Assembly: GCA_000708835.1 (NCBI GenBank)
Contig: DF237276.1
Location: forward strand, 1 to 64,000
DNA: 64,000 nt
Source: Klebsormidium nitens
Lineage: Eukaryota > Plantae > Klebsormidiophyceae
Direction: 5' to 3'
Part shown: positions 23,774 through 56,200 of the stretch, in pieces
How the letters are laid out: every line of letters begins with the position of its first letter
How positions within the stretch are numbered: the first letter of the stretch is position 1
The notes under the pieces: model-generated
What the model saw: the letters and a program-made list of their open reading frames with translations, nothing else
What the model was told of the DNA's origin: nothing
Databases searched by the model: none
Made by a program: the position numbers and the translations under genes

Positions 23774-24741
23774 ATGGTCCTAATTGTGCTCTTTCTCCCT
23801 TTCCTGGTGATTGCGGAGCTGCGCAGGGCTAACCATGCCTCTCACTGCTACTTCTACCATGTGCTGCCCGACATGCTAATGATCGAGAAGTACTTCCGCA
23901 CCCGCACTCAAGATTTCTCGCTCCCCCTCCTCCAGCATAACACAGACCAGCCTGCAACGGGCGTCCTCGAGGTCTCACTGTTTGCGTTGAAGGGGCTCGC
24001 GGCATCCTTGCTCGCAGCATGCACCAATAGGAAAAACAGGAGATGGCAGCCGGCCTGCTTCAAGTTTGAGTTACAGTTCGGGGACGTTGTCTACTGCTCC
24101 AATCCCCATACGTTTTCCACTCAGGGAGACACCGCTTTTGTGGACTTCAATCACAGGATAGCGTTTCAGGTGACCCGGGGCATGGCTCCGGAGCTACGGG
24201 TCAAAGTCTATGGGTGCCGGACCAGAAAGCTGACGCATGGTGTCAAGCTCAAGGCTGTTCTAGGCACCGCTTCTGTTGACTTGAGCGCATTAGTGACTGT
24301 GCCGGAACCTGGCGCTGATGTCACGCAGATGTCGCTTTCCGTCCCGCTCTCACGACGGAACGAGGGGGGCAGAGAGCAGGCGCAAGTGGACTTACTTGTG
24401 TCCTACAGGTATTGCCTGTCAATCAAAGCTTACTGCAGCTTTGGAAGGTGCCAAAGTTTTGTCTTTGGTGTTCAGCGGCAGTTTACTCACTTTTACCTGC
24501 ATTTGTAGGAAAGACACATGTTCTCTGGAGCAGTCAGCATGCACGTACTTACAACATTCATGCCAAAGATTCTGCCAGCCAGTTTTCTTGATTGCAAGAG
24601 TTGGCTTGGAGGCGCTAAGCGAATCTATGCAATAAAAGGCCCCATTTAGTTGACAAAGCTGCTCACAATGTTGAAGTGACGTTTTACCATGAAAGGATCC
24701 TTTGATGTGCCTACAGGAAGATTCTCTACGACTGTCATTAG
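23774..24741 (+). CDS. C2-domain-like protein with hydrophobic N-terminus (~219 aa)
   Basis: Exon 23774-24408: hydrophobic MVLIVLFLPFLVIAEL, then a C2-like beta-strand pattern (GVLEVSLFALKGL...VDFNHRIAFQV...ELRVKVY...VLGTASVDLSAL...QVDLLVSY). The donor at 24409 (phase 2) joins acceptor 24717 to give RKILYDCH*. Domain call is by pattern only. Confidence 0.55.
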
Positions 24742-25146
24742 TGGGGTCTGTTGTCTCTGCTTCTGTCAGAGTACTCCCCTTGACTTTCAACCCGAGGTCG
24801 AGACCGTTCGGAGTTGACTGCTCTGATTTCCCCCCGGCCTATGCAACCTACAAGCAGTTATGTCGGAAAAGCACCAGGCACGCCCGCAAGCTTCCATGTA
24901 TCGTCCTGTCCCACAAATATTCAGATGGTCTAAGGCTCGTTGTGGTTGAACCTCTGAGGATTTAACAATCCGCCACCCACTTCTTGAGAAAGGGGTAAAC
25001 ATCTTTTCTTTTCAACAGGCACAATCCGGATGTGGTCAATCAGATTGTACCTTGGAATGCAGCGGCAATTTCTGATGGACCCGGAGTAAGTTCTGCCTAC
25101 TAGCCGCACATCTTTGTGCACATTCGTTTCCTGCCTTTGCGAGTGA

Positions 25147-25171
25147 GCAATGCAATGCAATGCAATGCAAT
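25147..25171. repeat. (GCAAT)5 microsatellite
   Basis: Five perfect copies. Confidence 0.95.
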
Positions 25172-27353
25172 CTTCTCTCTTTAGAAAACATGTATGGGCT
25201 GGTCGTATTTCTCTTTCCAGCAATCAGATTGTCCGAGATGCTGTCATTCGAACGTTTGCAACATGCACCGATGCTTAAGCAGGGCACATTAGCTTTCGAC
25301 TTTCAGTCGCTGACTGTCTGAAATTTCGTTCTCCTTTGAAGGGCCTCCCAGTCACAGGGCCGGATGGGGCTGTTTGGGTTGCACATCCCTCCCCTTGTGA
25401 TACGCCGGGGGAAAGCAACCGCAAATATGGTGTTGAGGACAAAGAGGAGCTTGGAAGCTATTCCGAGTGCGGGCCTGCTTCTCTCACTTTAGGTGGTCGA
25501 GATTGCCGGCAAGAAGGCGGCGGGCCCCGCTCAAGTATTCAGAACCGCAGGTTGAGTGATACAGGCCACCCAGTTGTCCATACCACTTCGGGTCTGGAAA
25601 ATGGTGTTGGCGTTCTAGGTCTCTAGATTGTTGTTGAGATGGTCAAAGGCTTTTGGCTTGTCTTGGGTTGTACCATACTTCTTTGGTTAACGTGTCACTT
25701 CGCTGAAAAGGCCCTATGGTAGGGGAGCATCTAAAAGCAGAAAGATACTCAAACTTCAATGTGCTGCAGGCGGCGGCTATGAGTTTTGTAATAGTATGCG
25801 GTGATGGCATAATGTCCATTGTCAAGGTTGCGTCCATGATATATAGATGCTGACTATAAACTGGAACACTTTAAAAGAGCAGTGTAATGAAACCCGTACC
25901 AAATCGAATGCAACAAACTTATAAGTTTCCTCGGCGGATGGGAGACTGATTCGATGAGAGGTGCATGTGATGGTGGACACCTAGCTGGCCCGATGCGATT
26001 TATTCGATTTATTGTGTTGCCGATCGCGCCAGCGGCCCATGGGCAATCGTAAATTCCTAGTACAAACTTAAAAACTGCTGAGGGCCCCTTCGATTCGGAG
26101 GTTACTACATGTTACTAACATCCATGGCAGTGTCGGACAACGGTTGTCAGAAACCGCGCGGTGCCGATCGGATGCATCGTTCCGCCGCAATTGTACAGCT
26201 AGTCGTCATCATTACAGGCAAGGCAAGGGCGCGGCAGGCTAGCTCTAGATATAGACGGTCCGACATGCACACCAGGCCTGCCGGCCGCACCGCAATGATG
26301 ATGCATATATGAAGTCTGCATTGCATTGCAATAATGAATGACATGTCGGATGCCGCCCCGCGGCCACTGAGCGTACACGTACGTACGTCTATATACTATA
26401 GCCGCCTGCGGGGTCACATCAGTCATGCACATGCCATGAGAATGAGGGTTTGAGAATTGAATAACCACCTGGCACGAGCCACGACTCGATCGCCACCACC
26501 GCCGGTGGCTCGCGGCGGCCTCATTCACATATACTACACCCTCAAGGCTCAGCACGCGCATCCATCTATCGCAACGCAACATCGGACCTTGCATGTCCAT
26601 GTTGACCGGACGAGCCTGCTCTGCTAGACAATGTTTCATGCAAGTCGGCTACCCTTATGCGGTCATGCGGTTTTTCAGCTCTTACGCGTAATGTTCAAGC
26701 GTTCATGCATCACCCGAACCAAAGCATGACGATCATCAGTAAATCAGAAAGCACGAACCAAAACAGGCCCGGAGTCAGATTCAAGTGCATAACAGCTGAA
26801 TGGGGTGGGCCGTCAAGTCTGTGTCCAAAGAATTGGAGTACGTATAGATAAACGAAAACGTGACGAGTATACCAAGAATGGACTAGCATAGGCTTCCATC
26901 TTTCAAAACGAACTACGGTTTATCCCCCCGTTTCTATCAAAGTGCGAAGGCATAGACATGGCGCATGTGTCCAAAAATGTTAGTGGAATACCAGGGAGGA
27001 AGCGCGCTCATTGAGCACTGGGCCGGTAATTATCCAAGCCTTGTTTGCAACAGTTGTGCCATCCTGGACTTGCGGAGCGACTGATCTGCTGTTGGACACT
27101 AGCTCACACCTCACGTCGTATTTCAGTAGCTATTCCTATCAAGGGGAGACTTTCAGGTTGCGTTTTGTTGATTGATGCAGAGCCGACAGCTTATTTGCAT
27201 TTTAGCTCCTTTGAAGACATGCAAGCTTCCACCACGAAACAGTTGTTCAAACTTAGAGCAGTCTAGAAGCAATCTACCAATATTAGACCAGCCAGACAAG
27301 TCCAACATGAGTAGTGCAAGTTGCACCTCTCTTGTATGCCCTTTTCTCTTAAC

Positions 27354-28715
27354 CTACCCATAGTTCAGCCTGAAGACATCATTTTGGACGTAGTAGCTGG
27401 ATCCGGCCGGTAGAAGTTGGAACATCTGCAGATTGAAGCAAGGTAAGAAAAGTGGCCTCAACTTTTCCAAGTGCACTCAGAAGCAGCACTCTGATCGGGC
27501 CCTTCCATTTGCACGCCAGAAAGTAAGCCCATGTCTAAGAGATAATACTATTAGGGCAAAAGCCAACATCCGTGAATGTCTTGCAGCCCGTTCAGAAAGG
27601 ATGTCTGCTCACTACGAAGGGTACTGAGGTGGTGGCATGATTGCAGACCCAGCGCTATTGTGGGGCTTCCTTCGAACAATACCAAATCCACAGTCCTTGA
27701 AAACACAAGACATAGATTCTTGAGTCTTTTGCTCTACAAGCATTCAACCAAGGAGGTTTGGGACAAACAGGATGCAGGTAGGCGCATTATTACACTGCAT
27801 AGGCGAAGGATTTCCCTGGCCACACATGAAGCTGCATCAATTGACTGAGCGTTGAAAAGAAAAGTGCAAACTGCAAGCAGGCCCGAACAGCAACATGGGG
27901 ACGTCTGCCTCTAGTCCCTTTAGGGGTAGACATGTAATCACGCAAAGAAGTCATCCAAGAAACTGCAAAAGCAATATATCAAGCGATCAGCCAGGATAGT
28001 ATCCCTCGAGGATGGACAAAGCCAGCTGAAGGACGGGAGCACCGGCCGATGCCTCGTAACTAGGGCATAACCAAGCAGCACAGCTTAACGAATAGGTTGC
28101 TTTGGACAAAATCGGCCATGCAAACAGTACCAAGGAGACCAGTGATTAGAGGGCAAGAACCCTCTGCAAACTGAAGTGGTTCAAGGCTGGGGAGCATTAT
28201 GTCCCGCGGAGAATCTGTTATTTTGCAAATCACAAACCAACAACATTCATCCAGCACTTGGCATTGTCAGACTAGACCACTAGTAATAAAGGTGAACAAA
28301 CGTTGGACGAGAAGAACTGAAGGAACGCCAGGACTTCCCGCTCGTCTCGACAAGGGACACATGCACAGATAGCTGAGCACAACACGCTCTGCAAAGGGAT
28401 GATGAATCAAGCTCTTACTTGGCTGAACTTGAGTTGGTGCTCCTCCCCGCCCAGCTGTAACGACCCGCTTACAAATACCAGGATGCCCCCAGGATGGCCT
28501 GACGGTTGGCAATCTATTGTGAGAATGCTGTGCTTACACTGTTGGAAGGCGAGGCTGCTGATCTTGTTTTGGATGTTCTGCGCGCCAAGAAACTTCTCTC
28601 CCTCAAACGTGAGCATGGATCCCTCCTGGTACAGGCCCCCAAGCCCTGCTCTATTCTGGTCAAACGTGGCATAGTAGTGCTCGACAAAGGCCTTGCCAAT
28701 GGCATCGGCGTCCAT
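27354..28715 (-). CDS. NTF2: Nuclear transport factor 2 (122 aa, two coding exons)
   Basis: Exon 28419-28715 MDADAIGKAFVEHYYATFDQNRAGLGGLYQEGSMLTFEGEK...IDCQPSG...KFSQ|GT. Exon 27354-27425 MFQLLPAGSSYYVQNDVFRLNYG*, the canonical NTF2 C-terminus, preceded by a CTGCAG acceptor. Confidence 0.97.
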
Positions 28716-29372
28716 TTTGAATCAAGCAACGGTGCAAGTGGCAAATGAACCCTGCTTTTCTGTGGACACCCAGGACAGCTCCCAAAGAAGGGCTGCTCGA
28801 GACCGCCGCCCCCGTCTCTTCCAATCCAACTCCTTCGACTCTCTTGCAACTTCGATGCATGTGTTTTTAGAAAAGCTCCTCCCCCGCTTTGTTGTCTTCA
28901 GAAGGGGTTGGGACTGTGGCCGGCAACGATCTCAACGAGAGGACGGTCATCTGCAACATAGTGGTTGTGAGCCATCCGATGGTCTTACCCGCTCTATCGG
29001 ACGGTTTGAATTCAAAGACGGTACAAGCGGCTTTTCCTTCAATTTCAAGGAGTCGCCAGCTTTGCTGCTGGACAATGACAATGCTGTGCTTGGCGGTGGG
29101 GGCGTCAAGGTGACTCTGCATGGGCCATGGTGCCTGAGCCTGGATGTCAACAATGAGGGGAGGGTCAATCCTTTCTAAGGGGCAATCTTACATACCTAAG
29201 TGGTAGCAGCATTCTTGTCATTCGTGGTTGGTTTCCTGCAAGGGCGGCCACAAGGATTTGTGCGCGATTCGCAACAAGCACCGTTGGTGGCTTGGTGGTT
29301 GGACAACAGTCAAGTTAACAGGAGCAGCCTCAGGATGCAGAAGGGTGCAGGGAACCTGTCGCGTGTGCAATA
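28716..29372. promoter_or_regulatory. Putative bidirectional promoter between NTF2 and POLQ
   Basis: Divergent start codons ~660 bp apart; depends on 29373 being the POLQ start. Confidence 0.4.
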
Positions 29373-48731
<19,359 letters not shown>

Positions 48732-50041
48732 GATAGGGTAGTAACGATATGTTAAACGGACACAGGACCTCGATTGAGTAGCATAGTGAAGGTTTAAAAG
48801 GTCAAGGCGTGCTGTAGCGATTTTTTGGAATAGGGGTACTGACCCGTAGGGGTCAGCAGGAGATCACCAGGCGGTGCGTCAATCAAGCACCCGAAAGGTA
48901 TACAGATGACATAAGTGCGAGTCCAAAGTTGAGATTTGCAAGCAAAGATCAACAGGCTCTTGATACGAGAATCCTCCAGTTTACCAGGCCTTTAGAGGTC
49001 TGATGACAGCTGCCAGGGCCTCGCAATTTGTTGGTTTTTGTGGGAAGCCATCTACGGTATCTTACTTAGGCTAATAAAGCATGTACATGTACCGTCAGCG
49101 GCCGCCTGTCTGTCATGCACTGGCTCGACTCACCCGATGCTCGCGCGTTACTCGCGCTCAACACATGCGACCGTATCCGTCATCGCGTGACGCGCGCATA
49201 CGTCAGGATCTTGTTCGAGTGCAATCATATATGCAAGGACCACCTACTAATCGACGGTCACATTGTCCAGGCAGGATCGGCTCCTCAGGCAATGGACGGT
49301 TCAGGATTGTCTTTTTGAACCCATTCACACCAGAATGATTGTTTGTCGCCCCCCGCTAGATTCTCGCGCTCGCGTGCTAGATTGTGCCCCGCTCTCGTCG
49401 GGGGTGAAATCGAAAAGGGAACATGCATTCATGCGCCGGGATTGATAGGACTACAAATCAATCCTTTGCAATCCTCTCTGCTGCGCCATGGCGCCATTTT
49501 GGAGGGAAGTCGGCGCAGTCAATGGCTGCTGCGCCTAGGAAGGAGGACATGCTCTATCTGTAAACAAATCCTAGAGTTCGCACAAGGGATTCTGCATCTG
49601 TGGTGAAGGTTTTGGCCTAGGTGTATAAGAAGGGGCTTTGCACGGCTCCTCAGTTCATTTTTCCAGGAGTCTCGTTTTGAGAGCTCCAGAGATTGGACTC
49701 TTTGCCTCTCCAGCTCGTCTTACAGCTCTTCCCGGCTTAAGGCCTCGTTCTCGGAAAACTGCCGGCAGGCGGAGCTCCTCACAAGCACGTATTGCGGGGG
49801 AGTTCCGAAGCTTAACTCATAGCTGAGCATAACAAAAGTGGGGCGACAGTAAACGGTGGATACCCCGGGGGTTAGATTATAAGGAGGCGTGACTTTGGTG
49901 GATACCCTCAAAGGGTTGGAGGTGCTGGCTAGGTGGCTGAGGACTACGGAAGTTGCTTCTTCTGCTGTAAAGACTATAAGAACGGGCAAGGCTCCTTGAG
50001 GGATGTGTCTGGTTAGCCCGGAGTAAGTCCCAGAGCCGGAA

Positions 50042-50077
50042 GGTTCTGGTTAGGTGCTGGTTAGGTTCTGGTTAGGT
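50042..50077. repeat. 11-bp tandem repeat (GGT(T/G)CTGGTTA)3
   Basis: Three near-perfect copies upstream of the TULP first coding exon. Confidence 0.85.
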
Positions 50078-50212
50078 TTCTATAACGTAGCTCGCTGCGG
50101 CGGGTCAGCGCGAGCAAGAACAGGAGTTGAGCTCTCTGCATACGCGAGCACACGGGCTGGTAGCAAACCCTCCGAGACTGAGAGATTGAATAAGACCATC
50201 GCAATCTGTAGT

Positions 50213-53200
50213 ATGGTTAAGGGGATGGGCATCCGCGTGGATATTTCCTCTTCCAGGGGGGTGGAAACAGAGGGCAGCTGCTGGGCGAGCATCCCCCCGG
50301 AGCTGCTGAGAGACATTCTGAAGCGTGTCGAAGTGAGCGAAGAGAGCTGGCCTCAGAGGAAATCGGTGGTTGCGTGCGCGGGGGTGTGCAGTACTTGGCG
50401 GGAGGTCACGAGAGACCTGGTCAGGGGCCCCGAGTCGACTGGGAAGTTGACCTTTCCGGTATCCCTCAAGCAGGTAAGGCTTCTTGTTCTGTCTTGAAAC
50501 GGGGTGCACAGGTGTGCTCGCTTTCTGGATACCATGAAGGAATCTGGACCAAAAAATAATCGACTCAGTTCCTTATGAGCCTAACGAGGGGAGGTCTGTT
50601 GTCTTGGTACAACAAGTGAATCATGCGTTCTCATCGGCCAAGCAACAGGTTTCAGTCCATCAGCTTGTGCATTGTGTTCAACCTGCAAGCATGCAGGTTG
50701 TCAGAAAGTCTGGAAAGCTGAGTTCTTCCATTTTAGAGAACATTTTAGTCGCTGTGTCTGGTCATGCAGATGATTTTGCTCTGCGGCTCCTTGTGCTCAT
50801 ACTGGTCGACCTGGACTTCCCAGTACTTAGACCCCATTCTAGTCTTTAGGGTTTCTTTCCGCTACTCATCTTTGGATCCTAGGGCTTTAGGCTTGCATGT
50901 TGCGGCGCTTGCCCGCTTGATTTCTTTATATGTTGCATACTGTCTGAAAAGATATGACCCTGCTCTTGAATGCTCCTGTCTTGGAGATTCTGGCATCTGT
51001 GCTACGTTGGTGTCACAACCAATTAGCACTTTTGTAAGCTCTTTCAACGCTTGTTGTATCACCAGCATTCTGTAAGTTGTCGAGCAGCCTGTGTGAGTTT
51101 GTTACACAAGGTATACCTCAAATCAGTCCCATCGGTGCTTAATCTTGTCATTTTGCAATGGATGGTGTCCTTTGGGCCGTGCCAATACTTTCAAAACCAG
51201 ATGTTGTAAAGCTCGGTGTTGCCTCGGAGCTTTGAACCGTGATGTGGTGTAAACTTCTCAACTCCTTTTTGCAATCGAATTGTCTGAGGACTGAAGTAGC
51301 ATGTATACGTAGCTGAAGAACACATTGGGAAAGGAAAACATGCACCTCACGTTTGTTTTCCGTGAAGAGACACTCTGGTTGGCAAATGTGGGAACCCGAC
51401 CCCGTCTTTTCTTGAGGACGCGTCTGTTCCCCGTGGGGGGGTAATATGATTGTGAAAGGGGCAGCTTTTTTGTGCAAGCAGGAGGTAGCCAATGTTGCAG
51501 AGATAATGTGGGATGGGTTGATCCTGCTCTTCGGGTTGACATCTTAACGTTGCTCTGTGTTTTGTTCAGCACTCTGGTCATGCTGGCCATCGAATGTTAT
51601 AATGCTGCACAGGAACTACCTTGCAAAACCCTATCCTGCTTGTGTGGGGAGGTGAATAACCTGGCTAGTTTCTACAAACTTGTCAGACGACTGGGCGAGA
51701 GCTTCTCGTCGCGTGTGGAGCTATTAGTAGTTTTTGGATGGTCTTCAAATCCCTGCTTCAATGTCCTGAGTTGCTTTTGTTAGTTCAAGTACCACGCACA
51801 ACCGTCGGCGCCTTGGTTTGTCCCACTCAGCGCGTAGGCTGGCAAGAGCGTTTCCTAATCACGCAGTTAGCGGGAGCAAACTGCTCCACAGATGTGTCAC
51901 TTGCTGGCTCCGTAGAGGGACTTTTTTTTCGCAAGCCATCTGTTTTGCTGCCACATGTCTCTCCCCTTGCTTTGGGCCTGTTTTTGTGTTTTTGTGCATC
52001 TTGGCTTCGGCAACTTTGGCTTTGGCATTTAGAATGTGGAACTGGAAGGCAGCTTTGTCAATAGGCTTTTCATCGACTGCATTTTCGGTGTTCTCGCTGC
52101 TTTTCACTTGGGGAGGCAATGCTGTGCAATTTGGTTTTGAGATCTGGTTTCAGATATTTAGTGTCACACCCTAAATCTTGGTTGACCCTGAACTCAGGTG
52201 GACTGTTGAACCAATTCCCGCTTATAAATCCACTGTCGATAGCCGTCCTTTGGTCATTGAAGCATCTTCTTGTTGGATCTTGAGCCACCTTCAAATCCAC
52301 TCATGATGCTCCCATTTGATTTAACATGCTCCAAACTGTTTGTCACGTTGATTCCTTACTCAAACCCAATGCTAACCCACCCCTAACCTTTGTTGCAGCC
52401 TGGGTCTCGAGACGCAGCGATACAGTGCTTCATCCGAAGAGATCGGACGACGCACACATACTCGCTATACTTGGGCCTCCCTCCCTGTGAGTCGTCTTTT
52501 TGTGCCAAGTTGATCCCCTTGACAGCATCTGTTACCCGCATAGTTCTGCATCCCCCTTTACAAGCTTCATGGGGTTCGCTGTAGGCGAATCCGATTCTGC
52601 GGACGTTTATTTTTCTGCAGCAGAGATCAAATGTGAAGTTGATGGGCAAAATGCTACCAGGGGCTGGTGCAAAGGGCATCGCATGGTTAGTTTGGGGCTT
52701 AACCATGGTTAGGCAAGATCACCAAGAATTGGAATCATGCGTGTACTCGTGACTCTACATGGTGTGGCTGAAACATCTTCCCCTGGGGTCTTGGGGTAAT
52801 ACGTTGATTGGTGTGGGAAAACACCTGATCTATCCACTTGCAAATGTCGGTAGTAACACAATAGAAAGGTTACCACTTTGGATGGCACTGAACTCCGGTG
52901 AAGTGCCTGTGCAACCGTAACTGTTTCTTTGTTGCAGCAAGATCCTCTTACCTAGCATGGCAACTGCATGTGTCTGCAGCAGGACACGATTTCTGGGGGC
53001 TTCGCAAAGCTGGTCCAACTCACGCAGGGTTTTGCAGTCCACATTGTTACCTTCTTCTCGACAACACCTCGACTTCTATTCTGGACCAGCACTCCGCTGT
53101 CTTCCTGACAATCCTGCTTTGGTTTGAGTAAGAAGCTCTGGGGGCATAAAGTGCACCCTTGTGACTCCGCGTGCGTTTCCAAGTATTCAGAATAAGGGAA

Positions 53201-56200
53201 AGTAAAGTACACCCACGGGGGGCGTAAAGTACACCATTTTGACACTGCGCGTTTTGCAGCGTCTGTGGAGGGGGGCAAGTTCCTGCTGGCAGCTCGCAAG
53301 TCGCGCCATGTGCAGAAGACGGACTACGTCATCTCACTCGATGACGAGGACTTCAACAAGGGGAGCATCAACTACATGGGCAAACTCAGGTGAGGGATAG
53401 CAAGCGAGGAACTCTCTGAAGCATTTAAGAGTTGGAAATCCCGTTTGCTCCTTTCAAGACGAACTTCTCCTTCCAAGACGAAAGTTCAATCAGTAAGCAA
53501 GCTCAGGCTGAGACTTGTGGCTTTTGGATGTACAGACATGGTTTTCTGCAAGGATACGCTGGACTTCTGTGCCATGCTTGTTAAGGGAAAATATGATCGG
53601 TATTCTTCCGCAGGTGCTGCTGAAGTGCAGGGAGCGTTTAGATCGGTGATGTTTGGGGGCAAGAAGTGCATGTACCTTTTGAGGGCCGATGGAAACCTTG
53701 ACAGTGAGAGCGTGTTTGTGACAATCCTCCCCCATGGGGGGAGGAATCTTCAGCCGCATTTGGGTTTTTTGTGAGGATGTCAGACTCGCGCTGCGTTCGG
53801 TTTCCAAACCTTCCCCTCCTTGCCCCGCCCAGGTCCGATGTTCATGCACTATTCATGACATCCACAGCCGTTGCTGTCAAAACATTTTACAAGCTTGTCT
53901 AGCTCAGTTTTGCATTTGCAACCAAACTCTGATCCAAAGCGCAAACCCCGACCTAACCGTAAAACGCAGACGCAAAACGCAAGTTTCCTACCCCCCAGGT
54001 TCAACTTTATGGGCACCAAGTTTACCATCAGGTTTCCATGTCATTATGCTCGAAGAACCCAACAGGTTTTGAGAAGGCCCATATTCTAGACCCTAACCCC
54101 TCTCCGTTTCCCCCAGGTCCAATCTTCTGGGGGCCCATCCACTGCCGTTATGCCCTAACCATCCCGTTTTTCAGACCCTAAACCTTCTCTTTCTCCCCAG
54201 GTCCAACTTTTTTGGCACCAAGTTCAACATCTTTTAAGGCCTGACTGTGCTCTAAAATTCCGCAACCGCGGAGTAGAAGTCTGCCAAGTCCAAACCGGAA
54301 ACCCCGTCCTGACCGCGAACTGCAAACCTCGTTCATTCCAGGTCCAACTTTCTGGGCACCAAGTTTACCATCTTCGACAGCCAGCCCCCGGCCAACTGCC
54401 CGTCCATCAAGGCCGTCGGGCGCACCTCCTCCGGCAGGGGGTCCAAACAGGTGTCGCCGAAGCCCCCCCCCGGGAGCTTCCCGGTGGCGTCCATCTCGTA
54501 TGAGCTAAACGTGCTCGGGACCAGGGGCCCCCGGCGCATGCAGGCGACGCTGCACTCGGTGCCGAGCTCCGCGCTTGAGCCGGGGGGTTTTGTGCCATAC
54601 CCCTGTGAGTTCAATTTCCGTTTTGTTGATTTTTCTAACGCTCAGCTTCAGGCGGAACGAGTTCCTGACCTCGGTATGGGTGCCAAGTTCCGCGGGGTCC
54701 GCTAGGATTCTCGTACTGTACCAGAGTTCTTTTGGTCTATTGGTTCTTTCGGGACGGAAGCCCCAGGATAGTGACTTTTCGCCTCAGCGTCAATGTCGAG
54801 GCCCCCGTTGGAGCCTGGAAGATCTTCGTACTTTCACTCTCACAAGCCGCGCCCCCCTGTCCTTCCCTTCTCTCCTTGGGTTCTCTGGGCGCCAAAGCAC
54901 GAGGTTCAATCTGTTTGTCAAGTAGAGTCTCTTCCTCGGAGCCCGGAGGTCTTGCACCGTGAGGGTGTCTTCTTTTCACCCCATCACTCTCTCTCTCTCT
55001 TCTCCTTGCTTCGCTTTGCGCAGGAGAGTAGTGAGTTATCATTGTCTGCCGTACTATTGTTGAGCTCGTACTGCATCTGAGGGTTCAAGTCCAGGCGCCT
55101 ATGCACCCCGCTCACTCGGGCTTTGTTCAGTGGAGATACATGGGTGCTCGTCTTGAGGAGGCTTCCGAGCTGGTGATGACCGTTAATACCCCTCACTTTC
55201 ATGAGATTGATATCTCACGTTTGGTCTTGGTCATCCGTATTCTACCGAATCTCTCGCTCTTCTGCAGTAGAGGTGGACATGCCCTCTTGCTTTTCGGGGA
55301 CGTCCGAGCCGGTAGTGGCCGTTAACATCTCTCACTTCAAGAAGGGTAGAGATCCAATGTTTACTAATGTTTACCAATGTGGTTAACACGCTTATTCACA
55401 CCGTGCATCTTGCTCTCTTGCAGTGGAAGTGGACATGCCCTCTCTGTTTGAGGAGACGTCCGAACCAGTGGTGGCCGTTAACACCCCCACTCTCAATCAG
55501 GCGCATTCCCTCCCCTCCCCCCGCCCCTCTTACACCCCCCTGAACCGGTCCATGAAGCACCTCAGTGTGAATACGCCCCCGCCGCCGTCGCCCACCGGGA
55601 TGCTGCCACCTGGCGCGACGGACGTCCCAGATTCGCCTTCGGACAAGGCGCCCCTCGTGTTGCGGAACAAGTGCCCGCGCTGGCACGAACAGCTGCAGTG
55701 CTGGTGCCTCAACTTCAGGGGGCGGGTTACCGTCGCTTCGGTCAAGAATTTCCAGTTAGTGGCGGCAGGGGAGACGGCGGGCGCGGGGCAGGCTGGCGCG
55801 GAGGTGGACAAGGTGGGTTGAGTGAAGTTGGGTTTGTGAAACTCTGGTTAAGGAGTCCAGATCTACGTTTGTATTCTTTGTCAGCATTCCTGAGCGTGCT
55901 TCGGATCCGTTGGCATTCCTGAGCGTGGTTCGAATCTGCAGATGCCAGTAGTGATAATGCAACGGGTCATTTGAAGCACTCCATCTTAACTTAGGTTGCA
56001 CATCCCATATTCGGCAATCGTTTTTCAAAGAAGCAGGCGCTTATGTTTTCCAGCAAGGGTTGTAGTGAAAGTTGCAGACAAACCCTCCTTTTTGCTGCTA
56101 CACTCACCGTTTTTGCAGTTCAGTCCTCGCTCAACATGCTGATCAATTCTAAGACCGTCTGACTACTGCGCCTGTGCATTCAAACTGTGATTCGTTCGGA

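Noticed and set aside
25336-25837. ORFs 25336-25626 (+) and 25643-25837 (-) as extra exons or genes
   Set aside because: No motif, and the C2-like gene already terminates at 24741 by phase-consistent splicing.
52925-53040. Weak similarity to the [13 protein letters not shown] exon start (possible further echo)
   Set aside because: The match is too short and diverged to distinguish from chance by eye.
50042-54185. Telomere-like TTAGG/CCCTAA motifs (50042-50077, ~52370, 54090-54180)
   Set aside because: They are short and scattered; those in introns coincide with CTAAC branch-point motifs, so they are not an interstitial telomere.
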